The notes beneath the pieces were generated by a model. The model was not told the DNA's origin, did no database searches, and saw only the letters and a list, made by a program, of their open reading frames with translations. DNA of 64,000 bases from an uncultured Desulfatitalea sp. (lineage in GTDB: Bacteria > Desulfobacterota > Desulfobacteria > Desulfobacterales > Desulfosarcinaceae). Of the stretch, positions 20,683 through 30,278 are shown piece by piece; the stretch's first letter is position 1, and every line of letters starts with the position of its first letter. Position numbers and translations under genes: made by a program. The stretch lies in the NCBI GenBank assembly GCA_963668675.2, contig CAXXMB010000002.1, positions 2,208,001 to 2,272,000 of the forward strand. The letters are read 5' to 3'.

Positions 20683-21951
20683 ATGAACAAAATCATCCTC
20701 ATCGGACTGAACCACAAAACGGCGCCCATCGAGATACGGGAGTGCTTCGCCTTCTCCGATGACGATGCCCGTGTGGCGCTGACTGCGCTGTGTGCGGAGC
20801 CGTCGATCGAAGAGGCGGTGATTCTCTCCACCTGCAACCGCGTGGAGCTGATTATGGTCGCCGCCGAAGCCGCCGAAGCCGTCGAGAGGGCCAAGGTGTT
20901 TTTGTCTCAAACCAAGCAGGTGCCCCTCGATCGATTCGACGAGAGCCTCTACATCCACAACGGAGAGGCGGCGGCCCGGCATCTGTTTCGCGTGGCGGCC
21001 AGTCTTGACAGCATGGTGCTGGGAGAGCCCCAGATCCTCGGCCAGGTCAAGGCCGCCTACCGCACGGCCACCGAACAGAAGAGCTCCGGCGTTATCCTCA
21101 ACCGGCTGCTGCACCGTACCTTCTTCATCGCCAAGCGCATTCGCACCGAAACCGGCATCGGCGACCACGCCGTGTCGATCAGCTATGCCGCCATCGAGCT
21201 GGCCCGTAAGATTTTCGGCAGCCTGCGCAAAAAAAAGGTGTTGCTCATCGGCGCCGGGGAGATGGCTGAGCTGGCCGTCGAGCATCTGATCCGCAATCGG
21301 GCCGATTCGGTATTTGTGGCCAATCGAACCTTTGAACGGGGCATGGAGCTGGCCGCCCGCTACAAGGGCACCGCCATCCGGTTTGAAGAGATCATGCCCC
21401 ATCTCGAGCAGGTCGATATCATCATCAGCTCCACCGGCTCCCAGGAGTATATTCTGCACCCCTCCGATATCAAAGGCATCATGCGCCATCGCCGCAACCG
21501 TCCCCTCTTCTTTATCGACATTGCCGTACCCCGCGATATCGATCCACGCATCAACCAGATCAACAATGCTTACGTATACGATATCGACGACCTGAACGAA
21601 GTGGTGGACGACAATATCCAGGACCGGCGTCGGGAGGCGATCAAGGCCGACCGCATCATCGACGCGGCTATCATCCAGTTCCGGCAGTGGTACGACAGCC
21701 TCAATGTGGTGCCCACTATCAAGGCGCTGCACGCCAAAATCAGGGGGCTTGCGCAGGCGGAGGTGAAGAAAACCCTGGGACAGTTGCCCCATCTGACACC
21801 GGAAGACCAGCAGGCCATAGAGCGGATGATGGGTGCCACCGTGAGCAAAATCCTGCACGACCCCACCCGCTATTTGAAGAGCGATGGATGTATGGGCGAC
21901 CGCTCGGCCTCCCTGGACGTGGCGCGTAAACTGTTTAAATTAGACGAATAG
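20683..21951 (+). CDS. hemA: Glutamyl-tRNA reductase
   Basis: GLNHKTAP, STCNRVE, SLDSMVLGEPQILGQVK, IGAGEM, DIAVPRD. Confidence 0.97.
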   Translation: MNKIILIGLNHKTAPIEIRECFAFSDDDARVALTALCAEPSIEEAVILSTCNRVELIMVAAEAAEAVERAKVFLSQTKQVPLDRFDESLYIHNGEAAARHLFRVAASLDSMVLGEPQILGQVKAAYRTATEQKSSGVILNRLLHRTFFIAKRIRTETGIGDHAVSISYAAIELARKIFGSLRKKKVLLIGAGEMAELAVEHLIRNRADSVFVANRTFERGMELAARYKGTAIRFEEIMPHLEQVDIIISSTGSQEYILHPSDIKGIMRHRRNRPLFFIDIAVPRDIDPRINQINNAYVYDIDDLNEVVDDNIQDRRREAIKADRIIDAAIIQFRQWYDSLNVVPTIKALHAKIRGLAQAEVKKTLGQLPHLTPEDQQAIERMMGATVSKILHDPTRYLKSDGCMGDRSASLDVARKLFKLDE

Positions 21952-22013
21952 GGGTTGCGGGCGTTTTGGTGGCGGCTTCGTTTCGAAGCATTGCCGGCGA
22001 CTGTTTTTCAAAC

Positions 22014-22048
22014 AAGTTTAAAGTGTTAAGTTGAAAATTCAAAGTGAA
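22014..22048 (+). repeat. Degenerate heptamer tandem repeat (5 units)
   Basis: AAGTTTA AAGTGTT AAGTTGA AAATTCA AAGTGAA. Confidence 0.5.
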
Positions 22049-22084
22049 GGAAAGTCTCATTTTTTCATTTGGTGAGTTAAGGAG

Positions 22085-22227
22085 GATGAACTCGTAAAAA
22101 GATTCTCCGTCATTCCGGTGAAAGCCGGGCACGCAGTGATGCTTCAGCGCTATCCAGCTTTTTCAATCGCTTCTGGATGCCGGATCAGGTCCGGCATGAC
22201 GTGTGAACGACTTTTTAAGAGTCCATC
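22085..22227. mobile_element. MITE copy 1 (143 bp) with terminal inverted repeats, 6-bp TSD and internal REP-like hairpins
   Basis: Ends GATGAACTCGTAAAAAG...CTTTTTAAGAGTCCATC; AAGGAG on both sides (22079-84, 22228-33); core GTCATTCCGG...CCGGCATGAC. Confidence 0.8.
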
Positions 22228-22239
22228 AAGGAGGATCTG

Positions 22240-23178
22240 TTGAAAAAGATCGCATTTTTGTTTCCGGGACAAGGGTCTCAGAAGGTGGGCATGGGCCAGG
22301 ATCTCTATGAGGCGTTCGACGAGGTGAAAGCGATTTTCGCCGATGCCGACGAGGCTTCCGGGCTGCCTATTACCAAACTCTGTTTCGAAGGCCCCATGGA
22401 GGAGCTGACGCAAACGGTCAACCTGCAGCCGGCCATCACCGCCGTGAATCTGGCCTGCCTTGCCGGCATCGCCCAAAAGGGGATCAAGCCTCTGCTGTGT
22501 GCCGGGCATAGCCTGGGAGAGTACAGCGCCCTCTATGCCGCCGGCGTGGTCTCGGCCGCCGATTGTATCAAGCTGGTCTACAAACGCGGCCAGCTCATGC
22601 AGCGTGAGGCCGATCTGCACAAGGGTGCCATGAGCGCCATCGTTGGAATGACCATTGATCAACTTGACTCCATCGTAGCACAGGCTGCCAAAAACGGTGT
22701 GGTGGCCGTGGCCAACCATAACAGTGCCGAGCAGATCGTTATCACCGGTGCACCCGATGCGGTCCGTGCGGCCGGAGAAGATGCCGCCGGGCAAGGGGCA
22801 CGCGCTATTCCCCTCAAGGTGAGCGGCGCCTGGCACAGCCCCCTCATTCGGGGCGCAGAAGAGGAGTTCCGCACCTTTTTAGACGGCATCGCCTTCAGTG
22901 CACCGGCATGCCCGGTCATCCACAACGTTACGGCCGACGGAACCGACGATCCGGACCGGATCAGGACCCTCATGGCCCAACAGCTCTGCAGCCCGGTGCG
23001 CTGGTACGATTCGGTAATGAAGATGATCGATGGCGGCGTGGATCTGTTTGTGGAGATCGGTCCCGGCCGGGTGCTCACAGGATTGCTCAAAAAAATCCTG
23101 CCCGCCGGATACGATGCCCAAACCTACAATGTGTATGATTTGAAAACCCTACAGAAGTTCCTGGATGCGGCTGCCTGA
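22240..23178 (+). CDS. fabD: Malonyl-CoA:ACP transacylase
   Basis: FPGQGSQ, AGHSLGEY, VSGAWHS, EIGPG. Confidence 0.95.
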   Translation: MKKIAFLFPGQGSQKVGMGQDLYEAFDEVKAIFADADEASGLPITKLCFEGPMEELTQTVNLQPAITAVNLACLAGIAQKGIKPLLCAGHSLGEYSALYAAGVVSAADCIKLVYKRGQLMQREADLHKGAMSAIVGMTIDQLDSIVAQAAKNGVVAVANHNSAEQIVITGAPDAVRAAGEDAAGQGARAIPLKVSGAWHSPLIRGAEEEFRTFLDGIAFSAPACPVIHNVTADGTDDPDRIRTLMAQQLCSPVRWYDSVMKMIDGGVDLFVEIGPGRVLTGLLKKILPAGYDAQTYNVYDLKTLQKFLDAAA

Positions 23179-23276
23179 TAAGGGTTACCTTCTTATTTTG
23201 CTTTACATCGGTATTTGTATTATGTTAACGAAAATCCTTTTTTATGAACCAAACCAATGCTCAAAGAGAGTTGCCC

Positions 23277-23639
23277 ATGAAAAAGAAAGATATCAAGTTT
23301 TTTGAGGAACTTCTGAGCAACCGCCTGGAGGAACTGCTGAGCCAGGCCGACAATACCGTCTCGGGCATGACCGAGCAGAAGGAAAATTTCCCCGATCCGA
23401 CCGACCGCGCCTCATTGGAATCCGACCGCAACTTCATGCTCCGCATACGGGATCGGGAGCACAAGCTTATTAAAAAGATCAAAAAAGCATTGGAACGTAT
23501 TGAAAACGGGACGTTCGGCATATGTGAATCGTGTGGCGAAGAGATCACCATTGAACGGCTGAAGGCGCGCCCGGTTACGACCCAATGCATCGAGTGCAAA
23601 ACCAAAGAGGAGGCTTTTGAAAAAGCGCTCGGTCTCTGA
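23277..23639 (+). CDS. dksA: RNA polymerase-binding protein DksA
   Basis: PDPTDRASLE; CESC...RLKARP..TQCIEC. Confidence 0.92.
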   Translation: MKKKDIKFFEELLSNRLEELLSQADNTVSGMTEQKENFPDPTDRASLESDRNFMLRIRDREHKLIKKIKKALERIENGTFGICESCGEEITIERLKARPVTTQCIECKTKEEAFEKALGL

Positions 23640-23840
23640 GAACCGCTTCAGAACCTCCCCTTCCCGCAAAAGATCAGACGGGATCTTCGACAGGCCCCAA
23701 CTCCCCTGCCGTCGGCGGGACAGGGCCGACGGCTCTAACGCTCGAAAAACGAAATTTTTCCTTTAAGTTAAGCTGCTACCACGTTGCCATGCCGGTCCTG
23801 TTGAGCCGGAGTGTCGGTGATCTGTGCGAAGGAAGGCTGA

Positions 23841-24740
23841 ATGATGGCATCTGAACAAACCGGAGGCATTGATCTCCACATCCATTCCAATGCCTCGGAC
23901 GGGACATGCTCCCCTGGGGAGATCGTCCGTATGGCTGTCGATAAAGGGCTCCGGGCCATCGCCATAACGGACCACGACACGCTGGACGGCAGCCGATCGG
24001 TGCTGGCCATGCCCCTGCCCGATCATCTGGAATTCATGACCGGTGTCGAGATCAGCACAGCTGCGCCGGCAGGCTTTCAAATGGGCGGCAGTCTGCATAT
24101 CCTCGGCTATGGGGTGGACCTGGACAACGCCCCGCTCGAACAGACCCTGACCGATCTGCAGCATGCCCGGGATGAACGCATTCCCCGAATCGTGGCCTTG
24201 CTCAACCGGGTGGATATCCCCATCACCATGGCGGAGGTGACCGCACTGGTCGGCGACGGCAGTGCCGGCCGTCCCCATGTCGCCCGAGTCCTCATACAGT
24301 CGGGCGCTGCCACAGATGTGAACGACGCCTTCGACCGCTATCTCGCCAAGGGCCAGCCGGCTTACGTCGAAAAGCGTCGCGTCGATTGCCGTCTCGCCAT
24401 CGAACTGATTCTGGGTGCAGGCGGCATTCCGGTACTGGCCCACCCCTATCTAGTGCCCGGCGGACGCACCGACGCCCTGCACGGGCTGCTCGGCCCGCTG
24501 TGCGACATGGGTCTTATGGGCATCGAGGCCTACTACTCTCGGCACACCCCCGAAGATGTGGCCCTCTATCTCGATTTCGCCCGTCGTTTCGATCTGTTGG
24601 TGACCGGTGGAACCGATTTTCACGGAGATTTGATAACCGACATTCAAATGGGCACCGGTCAGGGCGACCTTTTTGTCCCATACGTTCTTTATGAAGTCCT
24701 ATCATCAAAAATTGAGCAGCAGAAGCAGAAGGCAGTATAG
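23841..24740 (+). CDS. PHP-domain phosphoesterase
   Basis: DLHIHSNASDG, AITDHDT, GRPH, LAHP, TGGTDFHG. Confidence 0.9.
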   Translation: MMASEQTGGIDLHIHSNASDGTCSPGEIVRMAVDKGLRAIAITDHDTLDGSRSVLAMPLPDHLEFMTGVEISTAAPAGFQMGGSLHILGYGVDLDNAPLEQTLTDLQHARDERIPRIVALLNRVDIPITMAEVTALVGDGSAGRPHVARVLIQSGAATDVNDAFDRYLAKGQPAYVEKRRVDCRLAIELILGAGGIPVLAHPYLVPGGRTDALHGLLGPLCDMGLMGIEAYYSRHTPEDVALYLDFARRFDLLVTGGTDFHGDLITDIQMGTGQGDLFVPYVLYEVLSSKIEQQKQKAV

Positions 24741-24746
24741 CAAACC

Positions 24747-25502
24747 ATGGACACAAGCACGGATTACCCTGGGCTCCAGAATAGTCTTCGATACCATTTC
24801 AAAGAAAACTCCCTGCTCGAAGAGGCGTTGCGCCACAGTTCGTTTGTCAATGAACAGAACGACGGCGGGCTGCGCGACAACGAGCGGCTGGAATATCTTG
24901 GCGACGCCGTCCTCAATCTAGTAATCGGCGACCTGTTGATGCACGCCTACCCGCAGATGCGCGAGGGGGATCTCTCCCGCATCCGCGCCAACCTGGTGAA
25001 CGAGATCCAACTGGCCCATATCGCCCGCAACATAGGACTGGGCGGCTACCTGAAGCTGGGCAAGGGAGAGATCCAGACCGGCGGCCAGGACAAAAATTCC
25101 ATCCTGGCCAATGCCGTGGAGGCCGTGATCGCAGCCGTCTATCTGGACGGTGGGTTTAACGCCGCATTCGGCATGATCGAGACCCACTTTGCCGATCTCA
25201 TCGAGGAAGCCCCTGACGTCACCACCGGGCAGGATTTCAAAAGCCGGCTGCAGGAGTCGGTGCAGGGCAAAATTCAGGAGCTGCCTCGCTACCGCGTCGT
25301 CGATGCCAAAGGACCCGATCACGACAAGACTTTCTATGTGGAGATGGTTGCCGGTGATCTCAAAACCCAGGGGGTGGGCAAAAGCAAAAAACTGGCCGAG
25401 CAGGACGCAGCCCGCCAAGCCCTTGAACAGACCCTTGAACAGGCCATCGACCAGTCCACCGACCAGGCCATCAATAAGATCGACCCGGGCAAGGAGGGCT
25501 GA
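24747..25502 (+). CDS. rnc: Ribonuclease III
   Basis: NERLEYLGDAVL; dsRBD DFKSRLQE...GPDHDKTF. Confidence 0.95.
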   Translation: MDTSTDYPGLQNSLRYHFKENSLLEEALRHSSFVNEQNDGGLRDNERLEYLGDAVLNLVIGDLLMHAYPQMREGDLSRIRANLVNEIQLAHIARNIGLGGYLKLGKGEIQTGGQDKNSILANAVEAVIAAVYLDGGFNAAFGMIETHFADLIEEAPDVTTGQDFKSRLQESVQGKIQELPRYRVVDAKGPDHDKTFYVEMVAGDLKTQGVGKSKKLAEQDAARQALEQTLEQAIDQSTDQAINKIDPGKEG

Positions 25503-25512
25503 AACGCCGGTC

Positions 25513-26568
25513 ATGACCGACCCTACACCATCCAGACGCCCCTTCATCGTTCCGGTCTTCATTCCCCACGCCGGTTGTCCCCATCGCTGTATCTTCTGCA
25601 ACCAGAACGCCACCACCGGCCAGGTCGACACCTTGCCATCGGCCAGCGGCATACGGGAGAGCATCTCCGCGTTTCTGGCCCATCGCCGCGACCCCCGGCG
25701 CTTTACCGAGATATCCTTCTATGGCGGCAACTTCCTGGGCCTGCTCCCCGAGCAGATTCAACTGCTGCTGGCCACCGCTGCCGCATATGTGCACAAGGGG
25801 CACGCCAACGGCATCCGCTTTTCCACCCGGCCGGACACCATCGATAGCGGCCGCCTGGCCTTGCTTGATCCCTACCCGGTCACCACCATCGAACTGGGCG
25901 TGCAGTCCATGCGGAACGAGGTTCTCGAACAGTCGGCCCGAGGCCATACTGCTGAAGATACGCTGCGGGCCGTCGCTCTTCTCGCTGCAAGCCCATATGC
26001 ACTGGGCTTGCAGATGATGGTGGGGCTGCCGGGCGACACGACGGCCGGCGCCATGGCCACCGCCCGTCAGTTGGCTGGCCTCTCCCCGGATTTCGTTCGT
26101 ATCTATCCGACCGTTGTCTTCAAAAAGAGCCCCCTGGCCCGGCGGTATGCAGAGGGGCGCTACGAGCCGCTCTCGCTCGATGAGGCCGTGGCCCTGACTG
26201 CCGATCTTTTCCTGATCTTCGCCCGGCACGATATTCCTGTGATCCGTATGGGATTGCAGGCCGGCCCTGAGCTCGACCTCGACGCCGACCTGGTGGCCGG
26301 TCCGTTTCACCCGGCCTTCGGCGAACTGGTTCAGTCGGCCGTCTGGCAGGATGCCATCTCCCGTCATCTGGAAAAAGAGGGGTTACGGGGCGCCGAAGTG
26401 CTCATCGAGGTGCATTCGCGCCTGCTCTCCCAGATCAAAGGCCAGCACGACAGCAACATTATCGCCCTCTTGAACAAGCACGATCTGCGCGCCTTGGAGG
26501 TTCGTGCTAAAGACGTTGTGCCTGAAAAGATGGTGCATGTGAACGGTGTGGCCTGTCGGCGGTGGTAG
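25513..26568 (+). CDS. Radical SAM protein (Elp3/YhcC-like)
   Basis: CPHRCIFC, FYGG, STRPD, ELGVQS, GPFHPAFGE. Confidence 0.88.
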   Translation: MTDPTPSRRPFIVPVFIPHAGCPHRCIFCNQNATTGQVDTLPSASGIRESISAFLAHRRDPRRFTEISFYGGNFLGLLPEQIQLLLATAAAYVHKGHANGIRFSTRPDTIDSGRLALLDPYPVTTIELGVQSMRNEVLEQSARGHTAEDTLRAVALLAASPYALGLQMMVGLPGDTTAGAMATARQLAGLSPDFVRIYPTVVFKKSPLARRYAEGRYEPLSLDEAVALTADLFLIFARHDIPVIRMGLQAGPELDLDADLVAGPFHPAFGELVQSAVWQDAISRHLEKEGLRGAEVLIEVHSRLLSQIKGQHDSNIIALLNKHDLRALEVRAKDVVPEKMVHVNGVACRRW

Positions 26569-26709
26569 GAAAAGAGGGGCGCACCGGCGATCCCTCTCCG
26601 CCGGCGTATGCCGTGCCGGACGCCGAAATCTGTGCCCGCTGGATCTAAGCATGGTCAGCGATTTGGACCAGGGCGACCGCTTGGAGATATTGGCGCTCTC
26701 TTTTTATCC

Positions 26710-26914
26710 GGATGCATTGCTGATTATTGTTGAGATTGTAAAGTTTGCAACGTCGGCAGGCGCCCGTGTCGTTAAAGCGCCTCAAGAAACGTTCTGGGGC
26801 GGCTTCAGTGGGTACTTCGCCGACCTTGATGGCCATTATTGGGAAGTTGCCTGGGGGCCAATGTTTGAGTTTACAGAGAATGGTGACATGAGATTTAAGG
26901 AAGATGCGACCTGA
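26710..26914 (+). pseudogene. C-terminal fragment of a VOC/glyoxalase-family gene
   Basis: AGARVVKAPQETFWGGFSGYFADLDGHYWEVAW with no recognisable N-terminal half; left boundary approximate. Confidence 0.6.
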
Positions 26915-26997
26915 TCCAGTTGAATCCATATCGAAAAGTAAAAAGAGGGCTGAGAAGGTTAAATTGCTCTGAATATACATCCAATGGAGGAGCCCGT

Positions 26998-27399
26998 ATG
27001 GCCGTTCGCGTATTGAGACTTGGTAGTGACCGGTCCGAAGACGAGGGGTTGCGCATCGGAACGGTCCGTCGTCCGCCCCGAGGTGTGCCAAAGGCGGAGT
27101 TCAGCTCACAGAACTGGTACGACACATGGCTGCCGAACCTCTCTCCGAGCGTTGAGACCATGAAGCTTGGAAAGCGTGCAACATCCGATAAGGAGTGGGC
27201 CGCCTTCAAGAAGAAGTATCGCGCAGAGATGTCAACGCCAGAGAACGCGCGGATCATTGAACTTCTGGCCGCTTTGTCCCACCACACGAATTTCTCAGTG
27301 GGGTGTTACTGCGAAAATGAAGCGCATTGTCATCGTTCGATATTGAGAGATCTTCTGGGAGAGAAGGGGGCCGTCGTTATCGGTGAAATGCAGCCATAA
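26998..27399 (+). CDS. DUF488-family protein
   Basis: GLRIGTVRRPPRGV...WLPNLSPS...CYCENEAHCHRSIL. Confidence 0.85.
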   Translation: MAVRVLRLGSDRSEDEGLRIGTVRRPPRGVPKAEFSSQNWYDTWLPNLSPSVETMKLGKRATSDKEWAAFKKKYRAEMSTPENARIIELLAALSHHTNFSVGCYCENEAHCHRSILRDLLGEKGAVVIGEMQP

Positions 27400-27438
27400 A
27401 TATATCGGAATCATCCGTTTGCCATAAAGGAGTGGGTT

Positions 27439-28137
27439 GTGAAAAATTCCTGGAAGAACAAATTTGATACCTTTTTAAAAGGGTGGGGGTACTCTTTTTT
27501 GATTGCGATGTTAATTGCCACCTCCTTTAAATCGGTCATTGCCGATTGGAATGTGGTGCCGACCGGATCGATGAAACCGACCATCGTAGAGGGTGACAGG
27601 GTTTTTGTTAACAAATTGGCCTATGACCTGAAGATTCCCTACACCACATGGCATATTGCGCAGTGGGACGACCCGCAGCGGGGAGATATCGTCGTTTTTT
27701 ATTCGCCCGAGGATGGCAAAAGACTGATCAAGCGCATCGTCGGCGTTCCCGGCGATTCGGTATTGATGCAGAACAACCAACTGATCATCAACGGCGAAAA
27801 GGTCAAGTATGAAACCGTCGATGAATTGCCCGATACCGGCGTATTTCCTATTCGTGATTCTGATCAATACCAAGTTATAGAGTTTTTGGACGGCACACAC
27901 CATCCGATCATGATTTCTCCCCATCGTCCCGCCCTGCGTTCGTTCGGGCCGGTGATGGTGCCGGAAGAGAGCTTTTTAATGCTGGGGGACAACCGCGACA
28001 ACAGCGCCGATTCAAGGTACTTTGGACTGGTGGCGCGCAGCCGGATCGTCGGTCGGGCATCATCCGTTGTCATCTCCCTTGATATCAACAACAAGTATCA
28101 ACCGCGTTGGGAGCGTTTCTTCCATCGGCTGCCATGA
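27439..28137 (+). CDS. lepB: Signal peptidase I
   Basis: VPTGSMKPT, LIKRIVGVPGD, LGDNRDNSADSRYFG. Confidence 0.92.
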   Translation: MKNSWKNKFDTFLKGWGYSFLIAMLIATSFKSVIADWNVVPTGSMKPTIVEGDRVFVNKLAYDLKIPYTTWHIAQWDDPQRGDIVVFYSPEDGKRLIKRIVGVPGDSVLMQNNQLIINGEKVKYETVDELPDTGVFPIRDSDQYQVIEFLDGTHHPIMISPHRPALRSFGPVMVPEESFLMLGDNRDNSADSRYFGLVARSRIVGRASSVVISLDINNKYQPRWERFFHRLP

Positions 28138-28207
28138 TGGCGATGTCGTGATTTGGATATGCTAATGGTGCTCCGGCGCTGGAGACAACAGGAAGGAGCG
28201 ATGCATC

Positions 28208-28852
28208 ATGAATACACCGAAAGGAAAAAATGAGAGTGACCCCCTTTTCGCCTCTCCAAAAGCACAAGTGGTGGGGATCGGCGGCAGTCCTCGGAAAGGC
28301 GGGAATTCAGATACGCTTTTAAGGGCGATTGCGGCGGGGGTTCGCAAAGGCGAGGTAGCAGCCGAGACGACCCACCTTAGAGATCTCTGCTTTAAGCCCT
28401 GCATCGGGTGTGAGCAGTGCAGGAAGCGGAAGCGCTGCACGGGGTTGAAGGACGGCATGTCGCTGCTCTATCCGGAGATCATTGCAGCCAAGGGCCTGGT
28501 GCTTGTGTCGCCCACCCACAATTACAACATCACGGCCTGGATGAAGGCGTTTATCGATCGGCTCTACTGCTTCTATGAATTTGACAACCATCGCCCAAGG
28601 GGATGGTCGAGCCGTTTGGCGGGCCAGGGGCGAAAGGCGGTTCTGGTGGCCGTGTGCGAGCAGAACAGCAAGGCTGATATGGGGTTTACGCTCGAAGCAA
28701 TGCGCCTGCCCATCGAGGCGCTGGGATATGAAATTATTGGGGAGTTGGCAGTTTTCAATCTGTTTGAGCGAGCAAAGGTGAAGGAGCTGGAGGAGACGAT
28801 GATCCGTGCGACGGCGCTCGGAGTTGAGTTGGCGAAAGCTGTTTCGATATAG
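28208..28852 (+). CDS. Flavodoxin-like / iron-sulfur flavoprotein family protein
   Basis: GSPRKGGNS, CIGCEQC...C, MKAFIDR. Confidence 0.85.
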   Translation: MNTPKGKNESDPLFASPKAQVVGIGGSPRKGGNSDTLLRAIAAGVRKGEVAAETTHLRDLCFKPCIGCEQCRKRKRCTGLKDGMSLLYPEIIAAKGLVLVSPTHNYNITAWMKAFIDRLYCFYEFDNHRPRGWSSRLAGQGRKAVLVAVCEQNSKADMGFTLEAMRLPIEALGYEIIGELAVFNLFERAKVKELEETMIRATALGVELAKAVSI

Positions 28853-28880
28853 AGATCGCTGCTATGCGGAGTGCGGAAAT

Positions 28881-28920
28881 AAAAAAGGCTGGGAGGCGTT
28901 TATCCGCCCAGCCTTTTTTT
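28881..28920. terminator. Bidirectional intrinsic terminator
   Basis: AAAAAAGGCTGGG...CCCAGCCTTTTTTTT between convergent genes. Confidence 0.75.
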
Positions 28921-28927
28921 ACGCCAA

Positions 28928-29347
28928 TTAGCGGTGGTTGATGATGGCGTCCAGTGCAAAAAGCGGGTTGCCGGTGAGGAGCGACAGAGCGACACCGCGG
29001 TGGGCATTCGTTTTTTTCACGACAACAACTTTGGCAATGCGCCCGTTATGATGGGGCTTTTGATGTTGGTACACCGGTCTGCGGTGTTGATCGTATTTCG
29101 GTCCTTGCGGCGCTTTGTGATATGGGCTCCGAAAGGCTTCATGTTGCGGATATTTTCCCAATGGAGGCCTCTTTTGGTAGTTGTTCGTGGAGCCGTGTCC
29201 GCCGTTGTGGATGGGAGCACTCTGGTAGCCGCTGCTGTGTCCGGTGTTGTGTCCCTTGTTACCCTTGCCGTCTGCCCATGCTGTTCCGCCGATGAAAAAA
29301 ATGATTGCGCTCGCTGCTATGATCCATTTGATGGCTGTTTTCTTCAT
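28928..29347 (-). CDS. Secreted His/Gly/Lys-rich protein, paralog A
   Basis: Signal peptide ending AWA; C-terminus VALSLLTGNPLFALDAIINHR shared with paralog B. Confidence 0.8.
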   Translation of the reverse strand: MKKTAIKWIIAASAIIFFIGGTAWADGKGNKGHNTGHSSGYQSAPIHNGGHGSTNNYQKRPPLGKYPQHEAFRSPYHKAPQGPKYDQHRRPVYQHQKPHHNGRIAKVVVVKKTNAHRGVALSLLTGNPLFALDAIINHR

Positions 29348-29415
29348 GATTCACCTCTTGCGTTTTGTGTCCCTTGGTCGTTTGCTTTCAACCCTTGTGA
29401 GACTGTTTGACATCT

Positions 29416-29445
29416 ATGACGCAGGGGTTGCTGTGAATGTTTACA
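29416..29445 (-). promoter_or_regulatory. Putative ECF-sigma promoter
   Basis: TGTAAAC-N17-CGTCAT, conserved before both paralogs. Confidence 0.65.
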
Positions 29446-29605
29446 TTTTGCACTTAAATTTTTAACTTTTTGAAATCGTGTGAAAATAGTTTTTTAATTA
29501 TGTTTTTGCCGCTGCAGGCTGGCCACTATTAGCGCTTAGGGGTAAAAGCAGGTGATAAGGCGGCTCAGTTGGAGTGATCTGATGTCGTCGTGGACGCTTC
29601 AATTG

Positions 29606-29646
29606 AAAAAAGGCCAGGCTGATCGATCTCCACCCGGCCTTTTTTG
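29606..29646 (-). terminator. Intrinsic terminator after paralog B
   Basis: AAAAAAGGCC.GG...CCGGCCTTTTTT hairpin. Confidence 0.6.
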
Positions 29647-29652
29647 CATCCG

Positions 29653-30111
29653 TTATCGGTGGTTGATGATGGCGTCCAGTGCAAATAGCGGGTTGCCAGT
29701 GAGGAACGACAGAGCGACGCTGCTGCGGACATCCCTGCCTTTGACGACGCCCACGACCCGACCTCGGTGCCCGTCATGGTGGGGACGATGGTGATGAGGC
29801 CTGTTGATGCCATGGCCATAATGCGGTCGGCGATGTGTGTTGCCGTTATGCGGCCGGTAGTGCCCCTGGTACGGTTTGCGGTGCTGCGGGCCTCGATGGA
29901 GCCTGTCGCCGTGATGTTTTCCCAAGGGGGGGCGTTTCTGGTAGCCCTTGGTCCCTTGTCCGCCGTTGTGGTGGGGCGCGCTAAGGTATCCGTTCCCCTG
30001 CCCGCTTTTGTGGCGTCCCCTGTCACCCTTGCCGCCCGCCCAGGCAGTTCCGCTGATCAGAAAGATAACCGCGCTTGCCGCTATGATCCATTTGATGGCT
30101 TTTCTCTTCAT
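29653..30111 (-). CDS. Secreted His/Gly/Arg-rich protein, paralog B
   Basis: Near-identical signal peptide and C-terminal motif to paralog A. Confidence 0.8.
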   Translation of the reverse strand: MKRKAIKWIIAASAVIFLISGTAWAGGKGDRGRHKSGQGNGYLSAPHHNGGQGTKGYQKRPPLGKHHGDRLHRGPQHRKPYQGHYRPHNGNTHRRPHYGHGINRPHHHRPHHDGHRGRVVGVVKGRDVRSSVALSFLTGNPLFALDAIINHR

Positions 30112-30180
30112 GATTCACCTCTTGCGTGTTTGTGTCCCGTGGTCGTTTGGCTTAAACCGTTGTGGGACTGTTTGGTAAGT

Positions 30181-30210
30181 ATGACGCAAGGAGGTTGGGG
30201 AATGTTTACA
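30181..30210 (-). promoter_or_regulatory. Putative ECF-sigma promoter
   Basis: TGTAAAC-N17-CGTCAT. Confidence 0.65.
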
Positions 30211-30278
30211 TTATTTGAAAAAAAACAATAACCCTATGAAATCAATGGAATAATATATCAACCAGATGGGTTGGATCA

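Noticed and set aside
25189..25512. N-terminal extension of the radical SAM ORF
   Set aside because: It is an alternative frame within rnc; ATG 25513 has an AAGGAG RBS.
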